This document shows positions 62,170 through 64,000 of a stretch of DNA of 64,000 nucleotides, piece after piece. The position numbers were made by a program, and so were the translations under genes. Position 1 is the first letter of the stretch, and each line of letters starts with the position of its first letter. The notes under the pieces are model-generated. The model did not search any database, was not told where the DNA came from, and worked only from the letters and a program-made list of their open reading frames with translations. The stretch lies in assembly GCF_018350175.1 (NCBI RefSeq), contig NC_058372.1:75020001-75084000 (forward strand). The letters run 5' to 3'. The DNA comes from Felis catus (Eukaryota).

Positions 62170-63370
62170 CTAGCATCACAGATTAGTTTTGGCTTTCTTT
62201 GAACTTTATAAAATGAAAGAATACCTAATTTACTCTTTTGTGCCAGCTTTTAAAGTTTAGCATTATTTCTTTGGAATTATCGTAGTTCATTCTTTATTAT
62301 TGCTGTAAAACATCCCATAGCTTAAATATGTCATAAATTATTTATCATTTTCTGTTACTTAACATTTGGGATGTTTCTAATTGGGGGCTACATATGTGAT
62401 ATTGCTATGATGAATTCTGATCTGGGTCTTAAGGGTTTACATGTATTCTCATTTTTAAGGGGTAGATTCGTAGAATTGCTGACTCATAGGGATTTTGCAT
62501 GTTTAGTTTTAACAGATACTGTCAATCAGATTTCCAAAATGGTTGTTCCAAACAGCAGTACATGAGAGTTCCAGCTCTTTGACCAATGGTATCATTAAAA
62601 ATGCTTTTAGTCATTCTGACAGATATGCCATGATATTTCATTCTGGTTTTAATTTTTCACTTCCTACCTGCTATTGATATTGAGCACTTTTTTCAAGTTC
62701 TTAGTGGACATTTGAATATCATCTTTAATGAAGTGCCTATTCAAGGTTTTTGCCCATTTAAATATTGGATTGTTTGCCTTTTCCTTACTGACCTATATAG
62801 TTCCTTATACATTTTGGATACAAGTCCTTTGTTGGATATATGTATTGAAAAAAGTTTCTCCCTCTCTATGACCTGCTATTTCACTGTTTTTTGTTGTTGC
62901 CTTTTGATAAGAAGAATTTCTTAATTTTATGAAATCTATTTTATCATTGTTGTCCTTTATGATTAGTGTTTAGTGTGTCCCATTTAAGAAATCTTTGCTT
63001 ATTCTGTGGCCATTATTTAATCCATGCTTTCTTTCCCCAGCTTCATTATTCTCAATGTTTTCACCTTTAGGTCAATAATCCATGTTGGAATTAGTGTGAG
63101 TTAAGAGTCAAGGTTCATTTTTTCCCCCCAAATAGATATCCAACCATGTATTTAAAATATTTTTTGCCTTTATGTTCATGAGATAGATTGGGCTATTAAT
63201 TTACCTGTCCTATAATGTCCTTGCCAGATTTTGCTGTCTGAGTTATGCTGGCATCATAAACAAGTGGAGAACATTTCTTATTTCTCTATACATTCAAAGA
63301 CTTTGCGTAAGATTGGTATTATTTCTTTCTTAAATGTTGGAAAGAATTAACCAGTGATGCCATCTGGGCA
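62170..63370 (-). mobile_element. Old L1 (L1ME-type) 3' and ORF2 fragments, preceded by a MER5 end (62105-62155)
   Basis: gtagaattgctgactcatagg...attttggatacaagtcctttgttggatata...gaattaaccagtgatgccatctgggc. Confidence 0.8.
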
Positions 63371-64000
63371 GTATCTCAAATCAAAGTCCTGCTGGGTTAG
63401 TGGTATGACCTTCCCGTTATTCTCCAGCGTGCCCATGCCTCTTTAATTTTTTTGCTTCTTTGCTCAATTATAAGGCCATTTAAAAGCACAAAGGAGAAAG
63501 TGAATATCATTACAGAAGATTTTCAAAGGATATTCACATTAATGCCCCATAAGGAAATTCTAGTTATGGTTTTAAAAACTAGGAATCACATGTCATTTCT
63601 CCATAAAACACATTTAAGTGGATGAAAACGGGGAAAAAATAATGTGTAGGTGTGATAAGTGCTTTCCTTTTTGTACAAAACAAAATAGGATCACTGTGTC
63701 TGTGATCTAAGGATGCATTTGCTTATTTGTTAGATTTCTAAAAATGTGCCTTCACTAATAGGCCTCTGGGTGTTGGTAAAAATAAGCATTTCAATTAAAC
63801 AAACGAAATAGCACGGCTCTGTTGAACTGTGAGAGAACTAGTTTAGGCGAGAAGTAGAGAATAAGTAGATAGGTTGTCCAGGTTTGTAACAAATATCATC
63901 ACTATCTGCTATAGGAAGAAGGGAAAACATGACTGCCTCCATTAACTTAGCACTGTATTAAGTGGCTTGGAAAGTATTAACTACTGCAGCGGGTGGGAAT

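Overview
Mammalian nuclear DNA from a cat-family (felid) genome, shown by more than 20 tRNA-derived CAN-SINEs that include felid-type young subfamilies. No protein-coding exon is supportable; the listed ORFs are SINE, L1, GC-rich or N-gap artefacts. The central feature is a ~2 kb CpG-island promoter (~25.45-27.43 kb) of a gene transcribed on the minus strand. It has a non-coding first exon ending at a GG|GTGAGT donor (26599/26598), probable alternative first exons, a strong-context uORF and a G-quadruplex motif. Positions 1-26.6 kb are therefore inferred to be intron 1, and 27.4-64 kb upstream sequence. The rest is a layered transposon record: CAN-SINEs, carnivore-age and old L1, HAL1, L2, MIR, L3/CR1, MLT1, LTR16/ERVL, a Ty3/gypsy gag-protease relic, MER46C, MER103 and MER5. 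Between these lie several repeat-free, homeodomain/SOX/FOX-motif-rich blocks that resemble conserved enhancers. There are five N gaps. I found no new biological system. The best leads are the promoter/5'UTR architecture, the enhancer-like array, the gypsy relic, and a hairpin-mediated micro-inversion inside a young SINE. Repeat family names come from recalled consensus similarity, and boundaries of old repeats are approximate.
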